A stretch of DNA of 64,000 nt from Octopus sinensis (lineage: Eukaryota), in assembly GCF_006345805.1 (NCBI RefSeq), contig NC_042999.1, forward strand, positions 86,490,001 through 86,554,000, given 5' to 3'. Every line of letters begins with the position of its first letter. Position 1 is the stretch's first letter. The translations under genes and the position numbers were made by a program. Shown here one piece after another: positions 1 through 11,827 of this stretch. The notes beneath the pieces were generated by a model. It did not search any database, had not been told where the DNA came from, and saw nothing but the letters and a program-made list of their open reading frames with translations.

Positions 1-292
1 TATAGGGAGCAGTGTATACGCTAGAGAGACCAGCTTTATGATCCCTACTGAGTAATGTGGACCAACCATATGTGTGTATATACATCCATGCATATATCTA
101 CATTATATATTTATAACATATCATCATCGTTTATATATCTACATCTATATCTGTGTGTGTGTATATAAATATATGTATGTGTATATATATATATGTATGT
201 GCATATATATATGTATGTGTTTATATATATATATATAAGAAGAATAAAAACGGAAAATACGCACACTTACATGGTTATAGTATAATTTTTAA

Positions 293-329
293 TGTATCGA
301 CCGGTTTCGCAATCGCTATTCATGATACA
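293..329 (-). ncRNA. Minimal type I hammerhead ribozyme motif, A3-U8 core variant
   Basis: Minus strand reads UGUAUC AUGAAUA GC-GAUU-GC GAAA CCGG UC GAUACA. Stem I is 6 bp perfect, stem II is 2 bp, stem III is palindromic ACCGGU, cleavage triplet GUC. Confidence 0.7.
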
Positions 330-604
330 ATGTTTAATTTATATGAAAATATATTTTTTCTTAAGAAGAAAATGGGTCCATGTTGTTTATAATGAGATTC
401 ACGAGTGAATGATTTTACAAGTTGACAATAAAGGGAGGTAATTGGTTGTTATTATTGTTATTGTTGTCTGTAAGGGAGATGACTGTTTAGGTTTTGGGTG
501 GGGGAAAATATGTGTACAGAAAGGAGACAGGTTTAAAAAAAGGGGGCCTTGTTTAGTAGGGGATTTATGTACAGTGATGTAAAATGTAAAAATATAAAAA
601 TTGG

Positions 605-862
605 TTATGCGTGCTTATTCAGACGCGTTTTGTATTTTTCAATGAAAAAAGTTTCTTTATTTGAGCGTTCTAGTTGAGAGATTGTGTCTTTGCACTGGTA
701 GAAAGGGAAGACTGTAAAATTTGGTTTGATGTTACCTGCACATTTTTCTATGTGTTCACTAAGAGGGATTTGTCTGTATTGCGGGAAACGGATTTGCTCC
801 TTATGCAGAGTAATTCTCTTCCTCAAAATTAAACTCGTTTGTCCAATGTACTGATGACTGCA
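605..862 (-). pseudogene. GIY-YIG endonuclease C-terminal part of a Penelope-like ORF
   Basis: Translation CSHQYIGQTSLILRKRITLHK...SEHIEKC...FTVFPFY...ETFFIEKYKTRLN matches the PLE pattern C-x3-YIGQT-x5-R-x3-H...E-x2-FI-x2-Y-x3-LN. The upstream IY motif is lost at the junction. Confidence 0.85.
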
Positions 863-986
863 AACCGGTCGATACATTAAAAATTATACTATAACCATGT
901 AAGTGCGCGTATTTTCCGTTTTTATTCTTCTTATATACATTACAATCCACCACATGGGGACAACCCAAATTCCTCTTTTCTGTTAC

Positions 987-1022
<36 letters not shown>

Positions 1023-1055
1023 ATATACTAGAGTTTTCTGCAATTTCATGTATTT

Positions 1056-1978
1056 CGAGGCAGTTTCAAAAAGTTCCTGGACGCGAAATTTTTTTTCACG
1101 AGAGTTCCAGATCTCAGTAATGAACTCATGCGCATACGGCCAATCAGAACTCACCTTGACTTTGTTGTCAAGTTAACAAAGGTTGACATTCAAAATGGCG
1201 ACCTCCGCGTGCCATGCGAATCTTGTATTGTGCTCTCATTCAGATGCCAATATTATCGATACTGAACACGTACGTTAGTTAGCGGTAAGTTTGAATTACC
1301 GAAAATCTCGAGTCAGTATGAAGGCAATTGGTGTGCAACCAACTGCAGCATCCAAGAAAAAGATGGTTGGTGCTGGCAGACCGTTGAAAGATTGTTTGGA
1401 AAGTGTGATAGGAAAGGTGCCGTTCAGCACTCAGATTATGCCTAGACACAAAGCTCAACATAATATTCGTGAATTAGTTAAAAACAACCAATCTCTTGGT
1501 AAAATGCACTCTACCGAGTAAACTCAAGTCGAAGAACAGTGTTGTATGTCGACCGATCACCAAGTTATGCCTGATTTTAGAAGGAGACAAGTAATTAGAT
1601 AGATTTGCATCTATACCTATTATTGGATTTTGTTAGGACTCCATATGGTAAAGATGTGGATAGGAAAAATGCGGGTAGTGGAGGATGTGCTAGCATCCCT
1701 CTCCCCTTACTGTTTTACAACGTGAACAACAACACAAATAACTACGCAGAGGCAGCCATGGTTGAAACAAGATCAAGAACAACAAGCATTCTTAAAATGG
1801 AAAAGAAGCATGGTCATTCCTTACCCAAGTGATCTTATCTTATCGCCCATCACTTATGCTCTCATAAATTAGTTTGATAGTTGAGCTCTGATTAGCTGTA
1901 TGCAAATGAGTTCATTACGGGTTCGGAACTTCCGTGGAGAAAAAAATTTTACTTCCCGGAATAGTTCTGTAGCACGTC
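1056..1978. mobile_element. Tc1/mariner-like non-autonomous element with ~100-bp imperfect TIRs
   Basis: 1058-1155 aligns to the reverse complement of 1882-1978 (shared GTAATGAACTCAT..GCATAC.GC.AATCAGA.CTCA). The left end CGAGG..TTCAAAAAGTTCC is mariner-like. No readable transposase inside. Confidence 0.65.
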
Positions 1979-2104
1979 AACACATGGAAGCACACGGTTG
2001 CGTGCGCAGTGGGAGCTAGCAGTGACCTTCATGAAGCAGTGTGCTGAGCGACATTGTTGTGCTTACTTCGCAAGTTGTGAAATTTGTGTTTTTGTAATTG
2101 CGTG

Positions 2105-2470
2105 TATGCTGTATTATGTCAGATCGCTCTTGAGTGCAACTGGTAACATGCAACCCAGTACAACCTGTGGCATGGTCAGGTCGTTGGCGACTAAACTGGC
2201 AACTCCCGTCAAGCTTGCCTGGTGAGGAGGGTGATTGTTGGACACCCTGCGGGACGAAAAATAAGACTCGTCACAGGGGCGGAAGAACTAGTAAACGGCC
2301 AATTCTACAAGTACCGTGTCGCGGTGAAGTACCTGTGTGCTCCACTGACCCGGAGAGCTATGCTGGAGGGAGAAAAATCTTCAGGCAGGTGTTACCAGGC
2401 TAAACAGGTCGAGGGGTAGGAGACAGACAAAACCTTAACGACAATAAATCGAAGAGTCGGCAGCAGGGCG
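2105..2470 (+). mobile_element. RTE-type LINE 5'-UTR-like fragment
   Basis: Homologous to 24762-25140 (+) and 2715-3055 (-): ACTGGTAACATG.AACCCAGTACAACCTGT.GCATGGTC...AAGCTTGC.TGGTGAGGAGGG. RTE assignment from remembered 5' UTR motifs. Confidence 0.55.
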
Positions 2471-2714
2471 TGGACTTAGTTATCGGCAGGTATTAACAGA
2501 TCAAATTCCTGGCTTTGAACTAGCGGGATGTCATGCAGAGGATCTTGAATATAGACAATGGATGAGATCCTAATATTCCTGGTTAGATAGAAATTGCAGG
2601 ATCACATAGAGCAGCGCCCTGTGACTCCTATAGTATGCACAACCGAAACCCCTATAAAGAGGCATCCTATGGGGCGACCTAGATGAGAAGAGAGAGATCT
2701 ATATCAGTGGAGGC

Positions 2715-2834
2715 AAACGAAGCTGCAAGTGTTACATCAGTGTTTTCCTTCTAGAAACGAAGCCGCAAGTGTTACATCAGTGTTTTCCTTCTAGAAACGA
2801 AGCCGCAAGTGTTACATCAGAGTTTTCCTTCTAG
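2715..2834. repeat. Tandem repeat, 3 x 40 bp
   Basis: AAACGAAGC(T/C)GCAAGTGTTACATCAG(T/A)GTTTTCCTTCTAG at 2715, 2755 and 2795, with no spacers. Confidence 0.97.
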
Positions 2835-3055
2835 AAAGACGTGTAAGCAAAGACTAGGGGTCGTTCACTCCCAGCTGTTGGATGGCCGTTGTTTCTCCTG
2901 AGGTCATCTGTTGTTTGATAATTATAACTTCGTTCACCAAGGTGTCAAATGAAAGCCATCCACCTTAGCAAAAAAGCTTGGTAGGTTTGTCGGTTTAGTT
3001 ACTAATGGCTCGATTATGCGACAGGTTGTACTGAGTAAACAGGTTACCAGTAACA
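2715..3055 (-). mobile_element. RTE-type LINE 5'-UTR-like fragment, inverted relative to the 2105 copy
   Basis: Reverse complement gives ACTGGTAACC..CAGTACAACCTGTCGCAT...AACGGCCATCCAA..GGGAGTGAACGACCCCTAG..CTAGAAGGAAAACTCTGA, collinear with 24770-25110. Confidence 0.55.
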
Positions 3056-3097
3056 TTAAGAATGAACATACATACATACATACATATAAGCATTGAC

Positions 3098-3256
3098 TCT
3101 TTTACTTCAGTCATTGATCTACTGGCGCAGTGCTCTGACGGATATAGTCGAATAAATCGATGCCAGTATTTGTTTTTAAGTGTGGTATTTATTTTATCGA
3201 ATTCTTTTTTTCGAACCGCTAAGATACAAGAACGTAAACAAATCAATATCGGTTGT
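3098..3256 (-). mobile_element. SINE family A (tRNA-derived, CORE-like), degraded 3' half
   Basis: Reverse complement matches the 3' half of the copy at 48581-49015. Confidence 0.7.
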
Positions 3257-3344
3257 GAACTGTTGATGGGCGATCACAAATATACACAAAAGAAAGAAGT
3301 CAAGACAGGAGGGAACACGTTTTAAAAATCTTGCATTACTTTAA

Positions 3345-5600
3345 TTCTTAAAAGGAATGAAGAGACTTACGTGGAAAGATATTTTCTAAACTGAATCTCT
3401 CTGACGCGTACCTATAAATTACAGTAGACGATGAATGTTCGAAATACCTAACAGCGAAGACACATAAATGACTATATAAGTGCAGCAGGTTACCATTTGG
3501 TTTAAAAGTCGCACTAGCGATTTTTCAACAGATTATGGATGCAATGTTAGCGGACTGTGAATTTACAATTCCATATCTGGATGATATACTCATTAAAAGT
3601 GAATACATGGATCAACACATTGAGCACGTAAAATATGTATCAGAAAAATAAGGATTATGGCTTTACCTTGAGTGAAGAAAAGTGTGAATTTTTCTTACCG
3701 GAAACAAGATATTTATGACAAATCATTGACAGAAATGGACGACGACCTGACCCGCCGAGGGAAGAGGCAAGTAAAAATATACCCCATCCGACTAATATAG
3801 CGACCATACAAGCAATTTTAAGACTGGAAAATTATTACCAAAATTATATCCTAAATATGCATAAGGTTAGGGCTTCACTGAATAATTTGCTGAAAAAAGA
3901 TATGAAATGGAATTGGTCAGAAAATTGCCAAAAGGTGTTTGACGAAATTAAAAAAAAATATTAATATCTGATTTGTCGTTTGCTCACTTCGATCCTGCAG
4001 CAGAGATTGTTGTAGCTTCAAACGCTTTTGGGTACGGTATAAAAGAAGTAATGCTACATAAATATTAAGATGGTAACATGAAGGCGGTGGTTCATGACTG
4101 ATGTTCTCTGATATAAGCAGAGAAAAATTATAGTAAAGTCGAAAAAGAAGCTCTAGTAATCATTTTTGCTGTGAAATTTTTTCACAGACTTCTGCACGGT
4201 AGAAGTTTCCGGCTACAGACTGATCACCGGCCGTTAATGTCGATATTTGTGTTGGAAAAAGGAATTCCTACCTATACTGCTAATAGATTACAACGCTGGG
4301 GTACGATATTATGAAACTACGATTTCAAGATGGAGTATATATCATCCAATAATTTAGGCCATGCGGATTGTCTATCAAGACCCATTAAAAAAAACACGGA
4401 AGCATATGAAGATACTGCGATTGCCGCTTTACGAGCGGAATATGAAATTTAAAATGTTTTGTGTATCGTCATCCGTGAACTGCCAGTTACGTTACCGGAA
4501 GTAAAATCATAATCGGAGAACGATAAATTTATTATAAAAATGTAAGAAAGACTGAAGGTTAAAGAAAATAAAAATATACGCAACACAAATGCGAACCATT
4601 TCTCACTGTGTGACAATATATTAATGTCTGCACAAAGAGTCGTATTGCCAGCCGCACTACAAAAGCGTTTATTAAAGGAATTTCACATTGGTCATCCAGG
4701 GATTTCGAGAATGAAATCTCTAATGAGAAGTAACGTGTATTGGCCTACAATGGATCATGACATTGAAGATTCAGTGAAATCCTACAGAGGCTGTGCCCTT
4801 GCAGTCAAGTCACCACCGGTAAAATTCCAATTGCCGCCTAAAACCGACAGTCCATGGACTAGGCTCCATGTAGATTCTGTTGGATCAGTAAATGGCGCGT
4901 ATTACCTGACTGTAGTAGATAGTCATACTAAGTGGTTGGAAATATGTATATGTAGGAAACCAGCCTCTACGGTAACAATAGAATTTCTTCATGAACTCCT
5001 TGCAAGATGTGGTGTCTCGAACACCTTAGTATCCGATAACAGTACGCAGGTTTACGGCGCGTGAGTTAAAAAACTTTTTGCAAAATGTACGCAATTGAAC
5101 ACATCTCTACTCCATCATATCACACAGAATCAAACGGGCAAGGGGAACGTGGATACATTCAAAAGAGTATTAAAGAATTCTTGAGGGCTTATAGGATAAC
5201 AGCAAACTCATATACTTGATCAGGCAAATCGCCTGCGGAACTAATGTTTGCTCGAAAAATAAAGTCAAATTTTGTTACTAATAAGAAAAACAAATAGGGA
5301 AAACACTAATAATATAACAAAGTATTTTAATATCGGTGACAAGGTATTTTTCAAAATATATAAAAATGGAAGAGAAGGTTGGAAAAGCGGAGTAGTGACA
5401 AAACGAATTGGCAAAATGATGTATATGATAAGTGGCGAAAAATGGGAACACAAAAGATATTTAAACCAGTTAAAAAATAGATATACAGAAACAAGAAAAG
5501 AGATACCCATGGAAGTGCTCTATAATACCTTTGATGTTCCAACGCCACAAGAAGTCGAACCTAGGCGTAGCACCACAAGAAAGGAAACAAACAGAATAAA
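3345..5600 (+). pseudogene. pol: Ty3/Gypsy pol remnant (RT, RNase H, integrase)
   Basis: RT FSKLNLSDAY...RLPFGL...FQQIMD...YLDD (3574-3585). RNase H NYSKVEKEALVIIFAVKFFH..TDHRPL. Integrase HPGISRMKSLMRSNVYWP, PWTRLHVD..YYLTVVDSHTKWLE, LVSDN. Many stops and frameshifts. Confidence 0.93.
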
Positions 5601-5628
5601 TACTAAACTTCCCCAGGAAGTAAATCTC

Positions 5629-5848
5629 AAAGGAAGAGATGTTGCGGTGAGAGTCATTGACACCCCCATCTGTGGGATTGGAAGAATGGACTAGTCGAAC
5701 TCTTATAAAGAGTAGCGTATTGGTTGAGACGGGGAAGTCGTTGAGAGTTTGCATTTATTGGAGTATCGTGTTTAGTGGAGTAATTTGAAGTATGTCGTGT
5801 GAAGACAGTTGTGTCTACCCCCGCTTCGAGAAATCTGTATATCCAACG
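5629..5848 (+). mobile_element. Probable polypurine tract and 3' LTR of the Gypsy element
   Basis: AAAGGAAGAGA (5629-5639) is directly followed by TGTTG at 5640. The candidate end TCCAAC(G) near 5847 is a degenerate CAACA. No second LTR in the window. Confidence 0.5.
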
Positions 5849-5859
5849 TATAGAATGCG

Positions 5860-7530
5860 ATAAAAGTAATACAATTAACAATTATAGAGCAATCACTTGC
5901 TTACCATTGGTGTGCAAGCTGTTATCAGGAATGCCTTCAGAAAACACTTACGTGCACCTTGACAGGCAGAATTTATTGTCAGAACAGAAAGGTTGCAGGA
6001 AGAAAGCTAGAGGAACGCATGGTCATAGACATAGAAATCTAGACAAACGCATGATCATAGACATAGAGAAAGCAGTTCTAGATGAAGTAAAATCTAGAAA
6101 GGAAAATTTAACAATAACATGGTTAGATTACAAAAAAAGCCTATGACGTGATCCCACACTCATGGATAAGTGAATGTTTGAGTATATTCAATATTGCAGA
6201 CAACATATGAGAATTAACTAGCGTTAGCATGAAGAAATGGAAAGAAGATTTCTAATCAGGTGACGCAGCATCAGGGAAAGTTAATACCAAGAGAAGAATT
6301 TTTCAAGGAAACTTGTTATCCCGTTTAATATTTGTCTTATGTTTAATCCCTCTCAGTTTAGTATCAAGAAAGCTAAAGACAGGGTATCAGTTCAGAAATA
6401 GTAAGGGAAAAATTAACCATTTGCTCTACATGGATGATCTGAAGCTTTTTGGTAAGAATAAAAACAAGATAGATTCCTTAATACAAACTGTAAGAGTCTT
6501 CAGCAAAGATATAGACATAGAATTTGGAATAGATAAGTGTGCAATATTAGTCATGAAAAAGGGACAGATAATCAAAAGTGAAGGCATCCTACTACCATAT
6601 GGCCTGATATTAAAATCACTGAGAGAAGGAGAGAGTATCTAGGTGTATTAGAATTTGATAGAAATAGAAATGAAAGCAAAAACTGAGAAGGATGAGGGAG
6701 CTAATGAAGTGAAAGCTAAATGGTCCGAATCTTGTGAAGGCTGTATATACTTGGGCAGTGTCGTTATTTAGATACTCAGCAGCTTTTCTAGAGTGGACAA
6801 AATCTGAATTAGCAAAGCTAGACAGAAGAACTTGGAAGGAATTCAATATAAATGGAAGACTCCATCCAAGGGCAGGCGAAGCAAGATTATACTTACTTAA
6901 AAAGGAAGGTGGAAGAGGGCTATTATCAGTAGAAGATTGCGTGGAGTTAGCTAGAGTAGATACAGACTCCTATGTAGGTAATAGTAAAGAAAGTTTATTA
7001 AAGCAGGACGTGGGGAGACCAAAAGCCAAAACCAGAATAAAGAAGCAAGATTATCTGACTGGCAAGAGAAGGCTTTGCATGGTAAATTCCCAAAGATAGT
7101 TGCAGCAAATATTAATGAGACATGGTTATGATTGCTGAAAGGAAGGTTGAAAAGGGGGACAGAAAGTTTGTTAATAACAGCACAAGATCATGCATTAAGA
7201 ACTAATTGAATAAAAGCCACGATAGGCAAAAACCAAGTAGATTTCCAGTGTACGTGAATGTAGCATGTTGGCACAGAAATAATACAAGAAAAGATATGAC
7301 AATATAGGGAGAGTGATCCATTGGGATTTATGTAGAAAGCTAGGATTTGACAATACTGATAAATAGTATGAACATGAACCTAGTAAAGTACTAGAAAGTA
7401 ATAAATATAAGATATTGTGGGACTTTAACATTCAGAAGGATAGAGTAATAAAGCTAGAAGGCCTGACAAAAAGAGCAGAAAATGTCTGAAATGTACCTGT
7501 AGTTATAGGTGCATTAGGTTCTAGGCATCT
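5860..7530 (+). pseudogene. Dong/R4-clade non-LTR retrotransposon remnant (RT plus restriction-like endonuclease)
   Basis: NYRAITCLP, WLDYKK.YD, NHLLYMDDLKL, EFGIDKCA, LYL.KKEGGRGL, AQDHALRTN, YKKRYDNIGRVIHWDLC, ILWDFNIQ..ARRPD, VPVVIGALG. Frameshifted. Confidence 0.88.
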
Positions 7531-8079
7531 AAAATTACTTGTAGCTCGATGTTAGGAATTTTTCTTTTTTTCTTTCAGCGTATATGAAATTATGATATCA
7601 ATAATGATAATGGTTTCAAATTTTGCCACTAGAGCAACATGAAAAGCAAAGTTGATCCCAGAACGTAAAGAATTGGAAGCAATGTTGTGAATCCTTTTAT
7701 CCCATGCGCTAACGAGTCAACCAGTTTGCTGTTTAAAACAAATAACAACAGTACCGAAAAAGAGTAACCAGTGAGTTAAGGTATGCGTTCAAGAAGAGTG
7801 AGAAAAGCAAAAATAGAATAAAATAATTTACAATAAAATATATGAATAAAACATAGAAAATATATGATACTTGTAAATAGTCCGTGGAGGTTGCATAACT
7901 GTTGCAAAATCTGAGTATTTAGAAAGCAAGTTAGAGGGTTTAAAACAAAGAAGAAAGAAAAAGTACATATTTATAATTGGAGAGTGTCCTAAGCGCCTAA
8001 AGATGGTAAAATAGAGAAATCCAGTGCAAATTCCATAAGTAAATTTTACTGACGAAAATTATATTATACCGCTGTATTA

Positions 8080-8623
8080 TGTAACGGTTACAAAGTTCGG
8101 AAAAAATGATAAAGGAAAGTAAACAAAGGTTTGTGGGGTTAGAACGAAGAGAAAAAATTAGAAGCAAAGAGTGTTTTTAAAGCCATATTTACACCGTTGG
8201 GTAACGTGATAAAATCCAGAGATAATTTATGCAGTGGATAATCAACCGGAGAATGTGGAGTCGGAAAGAATGAAAGAAACATGATAGGGAGCGGATAAAA
8301 GAAAATACTTTGTTAAGAAAGCGAAGCGGAGAAGTGGTAATAGGATGAGAAGAGTAAAAAGTGCTCGCGCGTGTATGTAAGTGTATGTATGTTAGTGAGC
8401 TTGTTCGTGCGTACGTGTGTTAGTGAGCTAAGTGTCGGTGACAGAGAAAGTGTCGAATGCAGTAGTCAAGTAAAACGTGAAAGTGTTAAATACATTTGTC
8501 AAGCGAGGCGGGAGTGTCGTGACAGGAGAAAAGTATGTGTGCAACTCTATGTATGTGTGAGGGTTAGTGTGCATTCTAGCACAGGAGAAGAGAAAATATA
8601 TACCCGGCGTTGCTCGTGTTACA
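8080..8623. mobile_element. Possible solo LTR
   Basis: 544 bp bounded by TGTAAC...GTTACA with a strand-biased interior. No clean TSD (TATTA vs TACAA). One end also carries a Helitron-like GAGCAACGCCGGG motif. Confidence 0.35.
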
Positions 8624-9717
8624 TACAATTGAAGAATTAGACTTTTCTGTTATGTTATATTTTCTGTAATGAACTGGAATATCTATGTTTCGAATTTCAT
8701 AAAAATTGCAGATGAGGGTTATTTCCCTCTTTACACACCCTAGAAAATTGTAATCGTGCCACACATATCCCATACTACTGGTTTTTATGCGCATATTCCA
8801 AAATTCCAGTCATATTGAACCTGTTAAAAAGATTTTGCTTCTGAAAAATGAAGGTCATAGAGCTCTAAAATATGAGAGTTAAGGCCCCTGTTGGGAGTGG
8901 GCATCTTAATGTCAACCAGAGAAGTTGAATTGTTGAGAATCTTTTTACCTTGGGTCTTATATCTATTGTTTGAATTTCTTTGAAATAGGAAATATATGTT
9001 CACTGGGTTTGTAAAAGAGAGCAAATCTACAGGAAACCAAAAGACGAATGATCACAATAAGCAGTCAGTTACCCTACCCTAGTCGTTTTCACTCCCAATG
9101 TAGGATTCCTCACCATCCAGGTGACAGGCACAGCCGTAAGATGCATTACAAATCTATAGCAATTGGAAGGGCGTGACCCAACTGAAATAAACATTAACAA
9201 CTGTGTGACGTGAGGGCTAAGGAGAAATGAAAGTTGGAGTTTGCAAATGACCACTATACTGATATGTAACTGGACAGAATAAATTTACAATCTATAAATG
9301 TCTTTGAATAACCAGTCACTCATCTGGGAAGGCCTTGAAATCAATGTTACCATCTGGGGACTATGTGTGACCGAGTGATAATAAAAAGACTGAAAGGAGG
9401 TTTGCAATCAAATAACTTTACTCAACACTTTGCAACTGAATCAGTGGAGGCAAAGATGCCTTTCATATACTTGACAATTTATGCACCACGTTGCAGAAAT
9501 CACAATGTAAGTGTATGCAAAAGCAAACTCTTACACTGTTGTATCATTGAATTACAAATAATGCTCGGGTAACCCTACAGCTTCCAAGAGCGCAACTGTA
9601 TTCGTTTTTGTTTTGATAAAATGATAAAATTGTGGGTGTTGAGTCCCCATGGTGGGGTCTTATAACTTGTAAGAAGATGAAATTTTATAAATATTACTTC
9701 ATTTGTGTCTAATATCT

Positions 9718-11183
9718 ATGGAGACTTTCGCGGGGGTTGCCGCAATGAAAAGCGATACGTCGCTTACAGTAAGAGAAGTGTTCTTAAAAAAAGAACAGCT
9801 AAAAGATTTTGAGAAATTCGTTAAAAGGGAAGGTGACAGCGTGAAGCTGGTCCATCCTGCTGAAGCAAAGGTGGAAAAGGAAGACAAGACAATAATTTAT
9901 AGAACACAAGACGAGATCACAAGAAAGCTATCAAGAATAGCAATAGAAGAGATCGAAAAATGTCTAGACGACGTAATGAAGAAGGCAACCTTTGTGTGCA
10001 GAGGTAAGAAATATGGTACGGTGGAGGTGAGGTGCGCAACAAAAGAAGTTGCGGCCTCGCTAGTTACCACCGTACTCAGAGCCGAAAACTTCATCATGTG
10101 GCCTACTTACAAAGGGAGAAGAGGGGTACAGGTCAAAATCCCAAATATACCCCCAGAATTGAAGAATGGCTGGTAACAGCCATCCTAGGATCAGCAGAGG
10201 AAGAGATAGAAATTGGGTCGATAAAGGAGACCAACATAGTGAAATGGAAGGGATTCGGGGTAGAGATGTGGCTGACGGCCACAAACAGAGATATAGAACG
10301 GATTCCCTTCCAAATAGAAGTAGAAGATGGAAGAAACTTCAGCGTAATCGTGAAGGTGAGGAAACCTAACTGCTACTTGTGTGGGACAAGAGAACACATA
10401 AAAAAAGAATGTCCGCTATACGAATTCGTGGCGGAGTGTGAAAGAGCAGAGGAAAACAAAAAAGAGAAGGAAAAAGAACCCGAAGAAAGGAACAATACAC
10501 TAAAGGAGAAAGAAAGCAAGGAAAAGGAAACAACGGTAAAAGGAAATAACAATACACGGAAGGAAAATGAAACCAAAGGGAAGAAATTAATAGAAAAAGA
10601 ACAAAAGTCACAGGGTAGAGAAGTAATAGAGAAAGAACCAAAACAAAATCAAGAGAAAGAAAAAGAAAGTAAAATAAAGGAAAGAGAAAAAACAGGAAAA
10701 AAACAAGAGAAGGAACAGAATCAAGAGAAAGGAAAGGATGTTGCACAAAAAGAAAAAGAAAAAATAGGAAAAGAACATACGACAGACAAAGAGCCAAAAA
10801 GACAAGAGAAGGAAAAAGAAAAGGAAAGCAAAAAGAGAGAAAGAGAAAAACCGAGAGAGGAAGGTAAAGAAGAAGTAGGTCCAAAAAGGAAAACTAAAGA
10901 GAACATAGGTTCAAATAGAAGGTATAAATTTTATGGAACGTTGGTTCAATACAGACACTGTGTGGAGATGGAGGAATTAATAAGTGAAACAGAGGGATAT
11001 TCATGGGTCAGGATGGGCACGGAGTGGAGGGAAACGGGAACACTGGTCCATGAAGACAGCGCCGATGCGTTTATCGAGGCCGCCGGTGCGAACGTAATAA
11101 GGCATGCGAAGTGCCGACTGGTAAGATACCCACGAGAGATGGAAAATTACAACGACCTGACAAAGGTAATGGAACTGATTTAA
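9718..11183 (+). pseudogene. Tx1-type ORF1 copy a (RRM-like region, CCHC knuckle, K/E-rich region), one frameshift near 10160
   Basis: Joins track ORFs 9703-10176 and 10032-11183: RGKKYGTVEVR...YKGRRGVQVKIPNIPPE / WLVTAI...CYLCGTREHIKKEC. Confidence 0.85.
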
Positions 11184-11827
11184 AATTATAGGAAGAAAAA
11201 AAAGAATTAGAAAAGACTTTTGTTAATTTCAAATGTACTTTGAAATCTTGAAAATGTATTATGAAAGCTTTATATTTGAATTTGTGGAAAACAATTTTTC
11301 GGTAAAGTATTCAATTGATAATGTATTTTAGAAATTCTCTTTTGAAATGTATTGCGGTCGAATGTCTTGCGAAATGCTGTAAAATGTATTTAGTTATTTT
11401 TGAAAATATTGTAAAATGTAATTAAAAATGACGAAATGTAACCACCTGATTTCGGGGATCGGGTGGGGAATTACACCACATTTATACATATTTCATATCT
11501 CATTAATTTTATTTTTTTCCCGATTGTACTGTCCTCTCTATGTTCGCCCCTTGTGGGTAGTAATAAAATTGTCCAGTCTGTTAGTCGATTGCTGTTACGT
11601 TATTTAATACCGGTTTGTAAAAATATTACTGTTACTTTAAATTGTATATTTTGTCTGTACAAAATTGTTATTTGCCTTCATTTGAAGGTTACGTATTAAA
11701 ATCCCCCCCCCCCGCGGGAGAATTATTGTGGAAAATTTACAAAACGGCACAAAAGGCTTGCGAAGCCAGAATATTGCAAAAAGGCTTGTTAAAGCCAATT
11801 GAAAGGCTTGTTAAGCCATATTCGGAG

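Larger units (their letters stand above)
231..938. repeat. Inverted repeat, arms 231-307 and 862-938
   Basis: About 77-bp arms with one mismatch by eye (GCACAC vs GCGCAC). Confidence 0.95.
231..990 (-). mobile_element. Penelope-like retroelement, 5'-truncated, with inverted partial pseudo-LTR
   Basis: GIY-YIG C-terminal ORF followed by a 3' UTR containing a hammerhead-like motif. The terminal ~77 bp are repeated in inverted orientation at 862-938. Confidence 0.85.

Noticed and set aside
846-877. Plus-strand CTGATGA...AAACCGGTC as a second hammerhead
   Set aside because: No stem II and no G12. It is a chance product of the inversion junction.
2715-2834. 3 x 40-bp repeat as CRISPR
   Set aside because: There are no spacers; it is a plain tandem triplication.
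8650-9590. Possible short exons (minus strand) or an integrase zinc-finger remnant (plus strand)
   Set aside because: Splice-like sites do not join into a consistent frame, and the integrase resemblance needs several frameshifts.
10366-10884. 172-aa F/L/S-rich minus-strand ORF
   Set aside because: It is the antisense shadow of the K/E-rich ORF1a linker.
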